Source: Vitrella brassicaformis CCMP3155 (Eukaryota; Protista; Chromerida). From it: a DNA stretch of 64,000 nucleotides. The stretch is from assembly GCA_001179505.1 (NCBI GenBank), contig CDMY01000542.1, positions 248,001-312,000 on the forward strand, read 5' to 3'. Shown piece by piece: positions 1 through 12,754 of this stretch. The position numbers and the translations under genes are program-made. The notes under the pieces are model-generated. The model had not been told where the DNA came from, ran no database searches, and saw only the letters and a list, made by a program, of their open reading frames with translations. How positions within the stretch are numbered: the first letter of the stretch is position 1; each line of letters starts with the position of its first letter.

Positions 1-2247
1 GCGGCGCTCTCATTGGCGTCCAAGGAACACTTCCACTGACGACCCTCAGGCACTGGAAGAAACCAACACATAAGCGCACATATACACGAGAGCCATGTGT
101 GCATGTGTTGGCAATCATGTGCTTTCAAATACCATAGAAAATGCTGCACTCGATCTGGGGCGCTGCAACAAAGAGACAGGAAAGCAGGTATGCATCCAAA
201 GCAGCGGATGGTCTTTTGTCGACTTACAAGTGGGGTACACAGATCCATATCTGCTATGGGTCAGCCGCGACGACCCCAGCCCCGCATAGCGATTGCCCAG
301 CGCCCCACCAGCAGTGGTGGACGAGGCGTAGCTGCCGACGCTGCCCTGATACATAGACGCGACCGACATGCTGGCCGTCATCGACCCCGACGACCCGCCA
401 TACGTCGACGCCGACCCCCCCTTGCCCTTGGTCGACAGCGATAGCGACGATGAGGCCAGAGACATCCCATCACCCCCTCCCCCCTTTTTGCCTCCTGCTT
501 TCTTGCCTCCCCCTGGCTGGCCGGTCCCTCCCGGAGACACCGAGCTGCACGTTGACAGGCTGTCAGACGGCAGGGGTGACTGAGACACCGACATGCCGCT
601 GCTCAGGCATGCAGCTTCGCTGGGGGTGAAGGCTGTCTCGCTCATCTCACTACTCGCCATGCCGGCCGCGTCAGCCTTCTGCCGGTTCTTGCGATGGCGG
701 TTGCCTTTCGGCGGCTTGCCGATGGGTCTGGGTGGAGGTTGGGGCTGAGGGGGGGCGGGATGGGTAGGGGGATAGTTGGCGACGTTCTTGGTGGTGTCAT
801 CTGCGTTGAGAGGGGTGGATGGCGGCGTGTCGACGTTGGTGACGGTGGCCGTGGTCGGACTGCCACCCTCCAGGGAGGGCGAGGGCGATGTGCCCTTTCT
901 GGTGGCGCTCTCGCTGACCTCCCCAACCGCTTCCCTCTCCCCCTTGGCCTCTTCATCTACTCTCCGCCTCGGTGTGGTCACGTCCTCACGTGAGGCTCCG
1001 TCGGCAGCGGGAGCGGCCGTGGCTTCGGCAACGTCGGGAGATTGGTCTTTGTCCGCCCTGGCTGGGCCCGCTGTGGCCGGCGGGGTGTCGATTGAGCCTT
1101 TCTTGCCGCCGCTCTCTTTCTTGTGCGTGTCAGCAGGCTTCAAGAGCGCCTCGTCGGTCTCATCACTTTTCAACAAAGCGATCTGACCATCACCTGAACC
1201 ACCACAGCACGAAGAGAGATGTCTCTTCTGTGTCTCCTTTTGTCCGTCGTTGTCTCACCCCTGCTTTGTGCAGCAGCATCTGCAGACACGTCAGCCTCCT
1301 TCCCCTCCTGAGGCACTAGTGTGTCTTCCTCTATCGTCGGCAGGGCCGGTTGAAGAGCCGGACTCTTGGCACTGCGGCGCGGCGAGCCGTGTTCCTCACC
1401 CACCGACGCCTCAGAGCTGCGATCGAGAGGCTCCTTGGGCGTCTTGCTGTCGATGACGGTCGTGTCGCTACCGTCACCGTCATTCTCACCCACGCCCGCC
1501 CCATCCTCCCCTGTCTCCCCCTTGCCGTCAGCATCCCCATGGTCGAAGACCCACACCGCCTTGCACTGCAGACGCCGGCCGGGTGGCGCAGAGCTCGACC
1601 GGGACTCTGACGACGCATACGTTGCGGGGACAGCCAGCTTCTCAGATGATGTTGTGACCGACGGGCTCAGGATGGGGCGTTCGTCATGGCCTGGAGGCAA
1701 GAGAGTGCCCTGGGGGATGGCCAGGGCGCACGAGGGAGCCGATGCCTTCGAATACGATGAGCGGGGGAAGCCCATTGACTCGAGAGGCGGGGGGATGGGC
1801 CCTCCAGGCACAGCAGCACCCAGCAGGTTGGCCGCCTCCCTCGACAGAACGACGTCAGTCTCCGATGTGCCTCTACGGCGGTAGTTGTGTGCGCGCGCCC
1901 CTGGGGCGGGGTAAGTGGTTGAATACGACACTCTCGAAGCAGCCGACAACGACACAGGGGGATAAATGGTGGAGGTCGGGGCGTAGGAGCGCACCAGGAT
2001 GCGAGTGATGCGTGTACTGGACGAGGGATGGGGCGGGCCTGAGGAGATGGAGGCCGTACGAGAGGGAGCTGACGCTGCTGATGTCGACTGCAGGGAGAGG
2101 GTGGGCAGCATCATCAGGACCCTCGCGGCACAGTGAATGCGTGTTGCAAAAGAGGGAACAGACCTCAGCCGAGAAGGCCTCACCGTCGCTGAACCCTGAC
2201 AGCGCCGCCACTGACGCGCCTATCTCGTCTTCATGACGCTCTCCCAA
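1..2247 (-). CDS. Hypothetical low-complexity Ser/Gly/Pro-rich protein, multi-exon; 3' end runs off the window, start uncertain
   Basis: Long ORFs 1170-2183 and 115-1176 join through a GT-AG intron (~1195-1258: AQSRG|DGQIALLKSDE). A further exon lies below ~55 (VPEGRQWKCSLDANES). No recognisable domain. Confidence 0.5.
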
Positions 2248-2341
2248 CCTTCAGCAGGCAGCAGCAATGCCAGGTGGCAGCAATGGGCAGCGGGCGCCCT
2301 CACTGGCTGGCGTGAATCGAAAGAAACGACGCTAGACGATC

Positions 2342-3509
2342 ATGCGCGGGCCCCACTGCACAGAACGCCGCCAAGCAGGGTTTGCGCCTCGGCGATCGTA
2401 CTCTCCGTTCGTCCATCAATTACACCCCCAGGATTTCCGCGACAAGAGGGCAGCGGCTGCTGTCTTTGACAGTGCGAGGGAAGCCGAATGCATCAATGGG
2501 GCTCGAAATTCTCGGGTGAGGACGTCCTCCTTTTCTTCCGAACGCATCGAGGAGGAGCGTATCGTCCCTCTGTGTTCTGTTTTTTGCAACAGCAATCGTT
2601 TCTACAGGAAGGCAGACGACGGCCATTTCGTCGAGGTCCGGATGCAGATGGACGAACACATGGATGCTTCGTGCGGGCACATTGTTGCTTGTTTCTTGGA
2701 TGTGCAGGTGTCGCTGGAAGATCTGAAGGCGTGTGAGTTCCTTTGCCTCCTCTTCACTGCAGCGTGGTCACCCCCATGCAGGATATTCACGCCCAAATTC
2801 GGGCAGGCAGTCGATGTGCTGCGCAACGAAAGTAGCACAGGAAGGCGTATCGATGGATGGAAGAGCCGGGACTCCTCTTGTCACGCATCTTTGTGTGCAG
2901 GTCACATATTCAAGGTGTGTTTCATTTCCAGGTTAGCGAGCGAGGGCACCCGAGGCACTTCTCTGTCTGTCTGGCGGCTCTACATCCCAGCGACCGCAAC
3001 GAGGACGAATGGGCTGCATACTTCAGGACCATGCCCGCCGAGGGATGGGTGAGGACCCTCAGCAGACACAATGATCGCATCTGCTTTGTGTGCTTGGTCT
3101 GTGTGTCCTTACCATCAGTTCGCCATCCCCTATTCCGAGAGAAGCGTCTCCCTCTCCCTGAAACAGCACTTCGGCGTCTCAAGTGCGCTGATGCTACACA
3201 TGCCTTTGCATCGGCATACCCTTCGTGTCTTCGCTTCTCAGAGATTCCTAGGCTCGTAGTTTTGGATCCTGCAACAGGCCAGCCTGTGGTGTCTCAAGCC
3301 AAATCGATTGACTACTTCTCACTTGACGTCTCCAGAAAACGAGTAGGCGACAGCCATTCAGCCTACGAGCCAGCTGGCTGCATGTGTGGTATCTTTGTAT
3401 GTAGGTCCTGCGCACTTACGGAAGCCTTCTGGCATTGAAGAGGGCCAAGGCGGCCGAGGCCGCACTGGAAGATACCATGAAGGGGCAGCACGGCAGTGGA
3501 TATGAATAA
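2342..3509 (+). CDS. Nucleoredoxin/tryparedoxin-like thioredoxin-fold protein with atypical WSPPC site
   Basis: Exons give LLFTAAWSPPCRIFTPKF, SDRNEDEWAAYFRTMPAEGW, FAIPYSERSVSLSLKQHFGVS and EIPRLVVLDPATGQ, matching nucleoredoxin motifs (YFSASWCPPCRxFTP; SDxxExxFxxYFxxMPW; GIPxLVVLD). Stop TAA at 3507-3509. Start codon uncertain. Confidence 0.8.
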
Positions 3510-4136
3510 TGGACCGATGGGGTATGCGTCTATGTTGTTCTCAATTGGAGGTATCTCTCTTGAAGTGTCCTTCTTCTACGTAGCGGCTGGTGACTGATGG
3601 TCAACCGAACGTTGTAGAGCACTTCAATAGCCTGATCCCCTCGCCTCTTGCTCGTCTCTTTCGTCCTCTCATGTATCCTGATCCGTTGCTGTCTCTTGTC
3701 ATCCACCCTGAGGATCCAGACAGGAATCACACAGCACAGACTGCTAGACAGAATAAGAATGCAGCCTGTGCTGTGAGGTGGCTGGCTGCATGCGGATGCT
3801 GTGTGTGCGCTGTATGTTTAAACACACAGCATGTCTCAGTATTGTTTGCAGTGTGCGACGAGCCTTGTTCGTTTGCTTTCAGCTATGCATGGGTGTGTTC
3901 CCTTTTGCTTGTTTGATACGAACGCCGCTCTCTTGTTCTGAGGGTGAAACGAAGATAATAAATCTTTTGCTACGTCCTGGAAGGCGGATCTCACTGCCAA
4001 GTGAATTTGTCCTTCTTTGTGTGTGCCGCCCGCGTCTTTTCCTTCCTCCCTCCCCTCCTCTCTCTCTCTCTCTCTCTGTGTGTGTGCTTTTGCGTGTGTG
4101 TCATGTACAAGAGAGTCGTGTGAGGTTGGCTTCGAC

Positions 4137-7100
4137 ATGTGTCGCCCACTGCCAGGCGACGGCCCCACTCGAGAATTGGGGCCGTTATCTTTCCCTTGGT
4201 CGCGGAGAACCCTCGCACCCTTCTTGGAGTCGCTGCGCTGCCCTTCACTCATGTCGTCGTCCACCTCGCGGCTGTCTGACCCACCCCCACACCCCGCAGT
4301 GGACGAAAAGCGAGAAGAGGACCAGGTTGCCGCTCCGGCTATCGCTGACCCGGTGAGGATTAGACAACACACATCAGCCACTCGCAAGGTGCCTTGATGC
4401 AGGCCACGGACAACCAGATGACACCGTCAGAAAGTGTCCAGCACCGTGATGAGGTGCCTCATCGATGCACCAACTTAAAGATTCCCAGGTTGGGGACAGA
4501 TGAGGTGTCAGCTGAGTCAGACATCCTGCAAGTAAGAATGATGAGTCTTGCGAGACCGACGTCTGATGTCTATTATCTTAATGTGACGTAGCGCTATAAG
4601 ACTTCGGATGACCTGTATGTAATTGGCATCGAGCTTAAACGGAAGATATCAAAGGCCTTGCCACGGTATGAGGAGTTGCCGGCTGAAGTGGCTGACCTGG
4701 TCCGGGAGATCGAGATGTGTACAGAGATGATTTGCGAAAGCGTCGAAAAACGTATCGACAATGGAGAAATGGAGGAGACATGGACGGAGAGCTGGACGGA
4801 GAGCCTTGTGGGTCCATTCAAGAAGATCATGCAGTCATTCCAGAGCATATTAGAGGAGGCAGGGTCACGGAGATCGGCCAATGTGCATGACACCGTCAGT
4901 GCACTCATTATCGATCTTCTAACAAGCTATCAGTTCTGCGAGCACCTCACTCCCGAGGAACAAGAGGAGGTACTCGGATCGGAGATTACAACACGTCGGG
5001 ACACTACACTTGCACTTCCTACGACTGCAGTCCACGAGGCAGCACGTACGTCGCCTAGCATTACCTATTCTCGGCACATACTCATTGTTGTTTCCCGTCT
5101 GGATGGCAGGTATGGGATGGTTGGGACCGTTTGAGAAGATGATCGCAAATCGGCCTCAGCTTCTGACCCGGACGCTAACTGTCGCGGCTGACGACAATAT
5201 ATTGTTTAACGAGGTAAGCTCTCTTTACATGCCATTATACCAGAAAAACTCGCGTTCTTCTTCTCTTCAGTCTGGCTACACGCCTCTGCACGTCGCAACG
5301 AGTGTGTAAAGGAAAAAGCAACCTCCCTCTGATCACGAGGCTTCCTATCTGTTCAGAGTATGTCAGACCAAAAATCGTTCGACTGATATTGCAGCAATAT
5401 CCTGATGCCCTCAATCAGAAAGACAAGGCAGGGCTTCATTGAACCTGTCAGTCTCCCCCCCTCTCTCTCTCTCTCTCTCTCTTGCCGCTTTTGACGCAGA
5501 TAGGGCACACCGCAATTGACCTCGTTGTAAATATGACGACAGGGGTTGATGTCACACTTGCAATGATAGAAGCCGGCGATGTCGTCATCTTCAGCATGCT
5601 CCACGAGAGGGGCAAGCTGAGCTATCTATGGAGGCAAGAGAACCTGCTCAAGATGCTCCCTTTCATCAAAGACGCCATCATCTATTCGCTGAAGCAGTCC
5701 AACGACAGCGAGATCATTCTCGTGGCACTTCGCTACCTTTCTTCGTTTCGCGACTCGACTGGCTCCCGAAGAAAAGACTCACGCACACAGTAAGAAAGAC
5801 ACATACGCTTCTAATGCCAGAGTCAACCGTTAATGTCTCTATGCCTGGCTGCAGAGAAATAGAAGAGACGGGTGAATGGCTAGAGGTATGCAGATCCCTG
5901 AATCAGCAGCGCCTTTTGAGACTTGTCGGATTGACCTCTGCAGGGCTTTTGTACCAAGGCGATGGCAGAGATTGACGAGAAGTCGCTTCTTGTTACACTA
6001 AAGAACCGTGACAGAGTTCAAGAGTATTTTCGCTTAGTGGATTCCTGCAATGGATTGCAGGCAGTGAGCGAAGGTAACAGACATCGCCATGTTTAGTCAA
6101 TCCGATCATTCTTCTCTGCAGCCAACAGCATTGAGCTCGTGGATGTATGTTGGAGTATGCCGTATTACGAAAATATCAGTCGGGCAGCAAGTGATGAATT
6201 TCACTTGTCGCATCTACGCTTCTTTACTCCAACGGTTGACACGGACCGGCTTGTGGTTTCTCTGACGCCTCAAATTGCCTTCATCAGCCGATTCGTCTCA
6301 ATGGCTTTCCTGTAAGCCAACGAGAGAGGGGCGAAGAATAGAGGACGTCAGATGTTGTTCCTTCAGTATTGTATTTGTTCTCGTCTACGTCAGCATCATA
6401 AATCGAGGTGGAGAGGAGTGATGGCTGTGGGCCGTCTTCGTTATGGGAGCCGGCTTCATCGCACAAGAGCTCCTGCAAGTGTGATGGGAATGGAGCCCTC
6501 AACGTTTCTTCTTTTACACGTCTCTGTCATTCAGATGATCCGTTTGAGGGCTCGCTACTGGCAGGAGTACTGGTGAGACATGATCCGTTCGTGACGGTCC
6601 GTCAGATGTCGCCTTCCTTCATACTCAGGAACTACCTAGATCTGGCGAGCTCACTTGCAGTTGTGGCACTCATCGTGTCGTACTTTTGCGAAGCACCCCT
6701 CGATGTCATCACTGCCGCGCTCTCACTTGTGGGTCTCTTGTTCGCCACGCGAATCCTCCAGATTGCCACCCCCAAGTCAAACACAGGGCCACTCATTCTG
6801 TGAGCGAAGAGGCATCCAATTGAATGGCTTTCATGTGATGTCATTCGTTACTCTCTTTATTAATCAGGGCTGTCGTGCGGATGTTTGCCGACATCTCCAT
6901 GTTTTTGCTGCTCTACGTCTACATTCTACTAGCCTTTGCGGCCGCATTGAATATACTCGCACAGGAGGGTAATGATGACTTCGGCACGTACGGACTAGCC
7001 GTCCTGACGCTGTTCTATGGAGGCCTGGGTGAATTCCAAGTGAGTACGATCAGGATTGCGGAGGAAGGTCATGTCTCCGCACATGGTGGCTGTTCAGGAT

Positions 7101-8111
7101 CCATTGGATCATGCCATTGAGGATGGGCGCATTCTGGCTGCCATCCTTGTCGTCCTCTACGTCATCCTATCGTCCATTATTCTCGTGAGATGCGACAGGC
7201 AGCTGAAAATACAGCTGTGACATGCATCATCTCATTTCTCGCAGATCAATCTGCTCATTGCCATCATGGTAAATACCTTTTTGAAGGTGCGATTCACAAA
7301 GGGACAATTTGAACATCTGCTTTTAGGCATCTACTTGGGGCGCAATTGAACATAGCCAGCATGCACACTACCAGTCAGTCAGAAGAGCGAGAGGAAGTGA
7401 ACGCGGACTCTGTATGAGCTGTGCGCATTATGTGCAGTATGCTGCGGCTGCGTCTTCTCAACGAATACCTGTGCATGCAGAGCTACGAACGACTGCCGCC
7501 GCCATTCTCGATCATGAGTGAGTGCAGTGATGTCTAAGAGATCATACTGTGCCTTTGCGGAGACGCATCTTGATTGGCAGGTCTCTTCATACTGGCTCCT
7601 CTGCGGTGCCTCTTCCGAAAATGTGCAGAACCGGATATGAGTGTTCATTCACCTGACACTGTATTGGAACGCATCGTGTGGGCCATGATAAGGGTCGAGA
7701 CCGGCATATATATCTTTGCCTTCACCCCTCTATTTCTCGTCCTCGCCCTGCTCAAGTCGCTGATAGGGGGAGAGAGGACGCTGCTCAAAAGCTTCATCTG
7801 TTCGCCATGGAATACATTCCTTTTTACTTGGTGGGAGGTTTTCCATCTCTTGATACTCGTCAAAAATGATTGGAACGTAGGCATTAAGATAGAAGCGATA
7901 TTACAAAGTATCCCCTCTTTGTTTTCAGGCTGATGTCTATGGACGAAAGGAACGGATATATGAACGAAAGGACACACCTCCATCAGAAGTCAAACCTCTG
8001 CAAGCGTCGGACGCAATGGTCGCTAAGATCAATAAATGGAGTCGGGAGCTGGATGGAAGAAAAGCAACTACACAAGATATAATCACGAGTAAGAGGGCAC
8101 TCAAAAGCTAG
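4137..8111 (+). CDS. Ankyrin-repeat TRP-like cation channel, multi-exon
   Basis: Ankyrin repeat SGYTPLHVAT..KIVRLILQQYPDALNQKDK..GHTAIDL. S5-pore-S6 segment MFADISMFLLLYVYILLAFAAALNIL..TLFYGGLGEFQ..LVVLYVILSSIIL|INLLIAIM. C-terminal SYERLPPPFSIM resembles the TRPC/TRPM LPPPF motif. Ends approximate. Confidence 0.8.
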
Positions 8112-8676
8112 CCTTAACGTCAAATGTGCTTTTTCTGTGGCTGCATTCAGTCTTGCGAAATATACAAGAAGAGCGGCTAGAAATTAAGAAGAAACTGCTG
8201 GAAGCGGTGCCACTGCTGCAATTGAAGCCCTAAAAGGTGTGCAGCCAGTCAGTCCCAAAAAAACATATGTATAGGTCTTGATTTGATCCACAGGACAGTC
8301 AAAACGCGCAAGAAATAGAAGACATTCGCTTTGTCCATACGTCGATTTTTTCCATTTTTGGTTCTTCAGCCGTGAAGTGGGCAGCCCTTGGTCAGTCTCT
8401 TGACGTGCAGATTTCTCGACGTGCAGACACAGTCTGTATCAGTCCGTCTCTCGATCATGCAATTCATATCGACGCACTACAAATGTCAGTTGACTCTCTT
8501 ATGTCTTAACACATACGCACTGACACAGACCCCTTATATGACACAAATATGCGCATTGGCACGCCTTATCAGCCAGCAGCAGCCAACTCGTTTGCGTGTG
8601 TGTGCGTGTGCGTCTGCGTTGATGTGTATATGTATGCATGTTGGTGTTTCCTCAGTCCAGTGTGCCAACATATACG

Positions 8677-11600
8677 TCAGCCGCCCTGCACACCGAACTC
8701 GAACGGGAAACCGCCAATCCCTCTTGAAGCAGCTGTCACACAAACATACTTACATACCATGTGGCTCAGTGAGTGCGGCCACACGTGCACGATCCATGCT
8801 CACTTGTCAGAGGCTTCTTTATCTTTCTCGTGAGCCTGCCGATGTATAGATTGGAGTTCGGTTCGGCGAGGGTGAAGTCAAACGGACGATTGAAGTTGAA
8901 ACGCTGCGTAAGCGAGTGGCAATGATGGTGTGGATACAGACATACGTGCGCGCTTCTGTGTTATGTCAATCTATATGTGTACGTATGTTCGTATATACCT
9001 GCGTGCTGGTGTCAGCTGCGGTCTCTGCGAGAAGCCTCTTCCCTTCAGATTCGTGTGCAGAGTCTGAAAAAAACACACACACACATGCATGTATATATAC
9101 AGAGGAACACACATAGCGGTGTGTGCCCACTTACCTGGAGCAACGACGGGTATGTGTGTCCGAATGGCTTTTGAGTCAACGCAGCGATGAAGGCAGTCGT
9201 CATGGCACCACCTACGGCCATCAACATGATACATGCATGTCGTGTGTGATGATGTATGTTGTGTATGTACGTGTGCAATGTCTACCAGCTGAATGAGGCT
9301 CCGATGCGCTGCCGTGTACATCTGCACACACACACACACACATACACACATGGATGCTTACACGTGTCTCTGCATTATCCATACCCACCTGCGCTCGTCT
9401 GCGCGTCCTCACAGCCACTGAACAGCTGCACGTCGCCCATCCTGCGCACAGACATACACAAACACGATGCGTGGATGTACTTCCCTGCCTGCCGGCCAAT
9501 ACGTACGTGTGGCTGGGGTTTTGGTCCTCCATCCACTTCTCCTGCTTCGACTCCCATGTGTACGGCAAATCCAGACCTGTGCCGGAATGGCAGCAGTCCA
9601 TGACGGCGGTCATTCGCACGCCACTGGGCAACGGACGAATCTGTCGGCAGGAGACATGCGTATACGTACGTCTGTATTTCCTTCTGATCTGTCTCGATGT
9701 ATGTACCATGAGGTCGTGTAGGTCGTCATCGACAATCTGCCCCTCCTTTTGGTAGTCCATCGGGATGATCGTCTCGTCTACATCCGCACATTCAGCCGCA
9801 TGTGTCGGTGCATTCGTGTGTCTCTGCATCCACTCACCCATGCCGTCCTCCTCTCGGCCAGAGGGGTCCACCTGCTGTGAGCCGTGACCTGTACACACGT
9901 GGAGCAGGCAGATGGAGATATGCACAGAGAGAGTGTGTGCGCGCCTGACCTGAGAAATGGAAAAAGAGTGCGTCTCCGGGCTGTGCATTGAGAGCCAGCC
10001 ATTTGCAGGCCTTCAGGATGTTGCTGCATACGCATTCACACGTGCGCACCCCGGAAAGTACACCTGAGCACGTCTACTACTCACCTTTTGGTCGGCAGGC
10101 ATCTCTCATCGTTGCTGTCATCGGTCAACACCACCTGCAGTGGATGTACAGAAGCCCCTGTGGATACGTACGTGTGTGTGTGTGCATCTGTGCTCGCGCA
10201 CCATTGTCTCGGGTGTGTCAGGGAATCCGTATATGCCCGTCAGCACGCGGCGCATGTTTTTGACGTCATTTATGCAGCTGCAAACACAGGACATCCTTCT
10301 ATCTCTGCATATCTGTACATGGGCGTGTGTATGTGTACCCTTTGAGCTCCGCTCGCGTGCCCTTGTAGTTGCAGCCCACCATCGGAGCCTTCTTACGACC
10401 TGCACACATCCATGTGTTTCCGTGTGTGTTCATGTCTCCTCCTGCATATGCACACACACGCACCAGTGGGCTGCGCAGGTGCCCCTCCCACAGACGAGGC
10501 GTGCACAACACCAGCCTGCTGGGAGGAAATGCCCTGTGGCGACAAAGCCTGCATACATGCACATACACACATACATGGATGCACACGGACAGATACGCAC
10601 CCAAGGATCGAATGTCTTCACACACGCACCTGTTGCTGCACCTCATATCAAGACAGGTATGGGTGCGTCACGGTGGTCTCGGACGGTTCGTGTTGCTGCG
10701 CATACGCCGACGTCGAGTCGCCCCATGTGTATGGCTGCTGTGGCTTGTTGTGCGAAAATGCAGAGGCTGAATTCTCCCAGGAGTAGGGCTTTGACGGCTT
10801 GTTGAGAGGTGAGTTCTCCGCGGCGATCGTGATCGCTATCTACAGATGGCATACAGTTTCGCATTGGTGAAAGCACACACACGGGAGACGCATGATCGCT
10901 CACCTGGATCAGTTCTTCAAGGGCCCTTTCCTTGTCATTATTCTGAACACGCACAGAGTGTCCGGTTGTGTGTGTGTGAGCATGCAGCACACGTGCGCAG
11001 GTGTGGCCCACCCATTTGATCAGCGCAGTGGCTATCTCTTCATACGTGCAGTTGGGCAGTATGTTTCGGATGTCCTGTGTGCAATGATTCATCATCGACA
11101 TTCACGCCATACCTCTGAGTGAGTGAGTGTCTGCGTGCCTGGATGTATTGCACGTTCGGCTCGACTTTCTTTTTCGGGGGCTGACCATGGCCTACATCCG
11201 TATAGACACATACATACACCGACACATTCGTTTTTGCTTTAAAAAGGTACCCACCCATCAGTTCGGCGGTGGCTGCCTGCTTGTCGCCATTGTGCCGCAC
11301 GAGGGCTTTCTCCACCTGTTCGTTGTTTGGGCGTGCCCATCCATATGTATGTGCGAGGAGACATACCTGCTGTCTGCTCAAATGCGGCATGATGGTGAGT
11401 ATCGCTTGCACGGCGGCATCAGAGACAGAGCCAGCAGCCGGGCTGTCTGTACACATACACTCATACACGAGCCATGTGGGCATGTGTATGTGTGTGTCTC
11501 TGGTTAGTTACCAGTATGTTTGTATGACGGAGGTGGCCTGGGCTGGGTTTGGGTGTGTTGGCTGTAGATGGGAATATGCAGGTTTGGCTGCTGGCCCGGC

Positions 11601-12652
11601 TGCGGCTGATATGAGGGATACGAGGGGTATCCTCCCACCGGTTGATGTTGCTGCTGTTGGTACTGGTGCTGGTGCTGCTGCTGCTGTTGGCCCGTCTGCG
11701 GCGGGTATGAGGGATACGAGGGGTACCCTCCCACTGGTTGTTGGCCCCCTTGATACGGCCTGCGGCGCTCCGAGACACGTACACAGACAATACCTATCCA
11801 TGTGGCTCCGCGAACCTGTTTGCTTGCTGCCCGCTGCCTGGCTGGAGCTGGAACTTGATGCCGATTTGACCTACGAGCAGTGACACACATATGGGCTGGA
11901 GGGAAGCAGTGCGCGTTTCATTGTACCTTTTCCATTCTGCAGATTGTACCAGCCTGCACATGATCGAGATGCAGACGCTACATCGGATGAATAGGTCCAT
12001 CCGTGCGTTCATGTGCGCACCCTCCATTGGCGCGGCATTCATTTGCGTGTTCGGCGGCAGCCGCAACGAGACGCTGCCTGAATAGACACAGGCGCACATT
12101 CGTCTGTCTGCGGCGACAAAAAAGGAGTGTAAGCATGCATGCATGCATACCCATAGAATCATCTCTGGTGAATCGGTCCCAGTCAAACACCTGCATGGTG
12201 TGAACACACGCATGTCTGCCCAGGTATCCCCCATGTTGCTCAATTGATGTTGCTTGCCTCGAACGTCAAAGGCGGGTTCTGAATAGACGGCTGCAGCAAG
12301 ACACACGCACGCACATGGATGGGCTTTTCCATGTGTGTTTGTGTGCGGGCTACGGACTTCCCAATCCAGCAGAAATGACTGGTTCCATGTGGGGTTGAGG
12401 GACTTGTTCACCCTCTCTGTCCTGTACTCTTTCCCCTGCCACTTGAGCTTCACGTAGGGGTCACTCGTGCCGCCTGTTTCCACGCAGAATGTCATGCACT
12501 CTGTGCAGCGAGCACGTGCTTGTGTCTGCTCACCGATGTCCTTGGCCGCCAGATCGCGTCCACCGATGATTGTGACCTACACACAAACACATCTCTTCTC
12601 CATCAGTGAGAAACCCCCGGCTGAATGCACGCACCTGAAGCTTCTGGGACAT
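8677..12652 (-). CDS. MCA: Type I metacaspase with N-terminal C2 domain, Q/P/Y-rich linker and two CUE/UBA-like domains
   Basis: C2: MSQKLQ|VTIIGGRDLAAKDI|GGTSDPYVKLKWQGKEYRTERVNKSLNPTWNQSF..VFDWDRFTRDDSMG. Peptidase C14: GCNYKGTRAELKG|CINDVKNM..FFHFSG|HGSQQ..AVMDCCHSGTGLDLPY..SGCEDAQTSA..GGAMTTAF, with the His-Cys dyad intact. Confidence 0.92.
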
Positions 12653-12754
12653 TTCTCAAGCCTCGCAAGTGATAAGAAGCCGCTGTCAGTGTGTCGTTCT
12701 CTCTGGCCCCAAATTCGGGACCCCGTACACAGCTGTAAATACTGACGAATCGCG

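Noticed and set aside
3530-3916. Short ORFs between the nucleoredoxin and TRP genes
   Set aside because: No motif, splice or codon support; likely UTR or intergenic.
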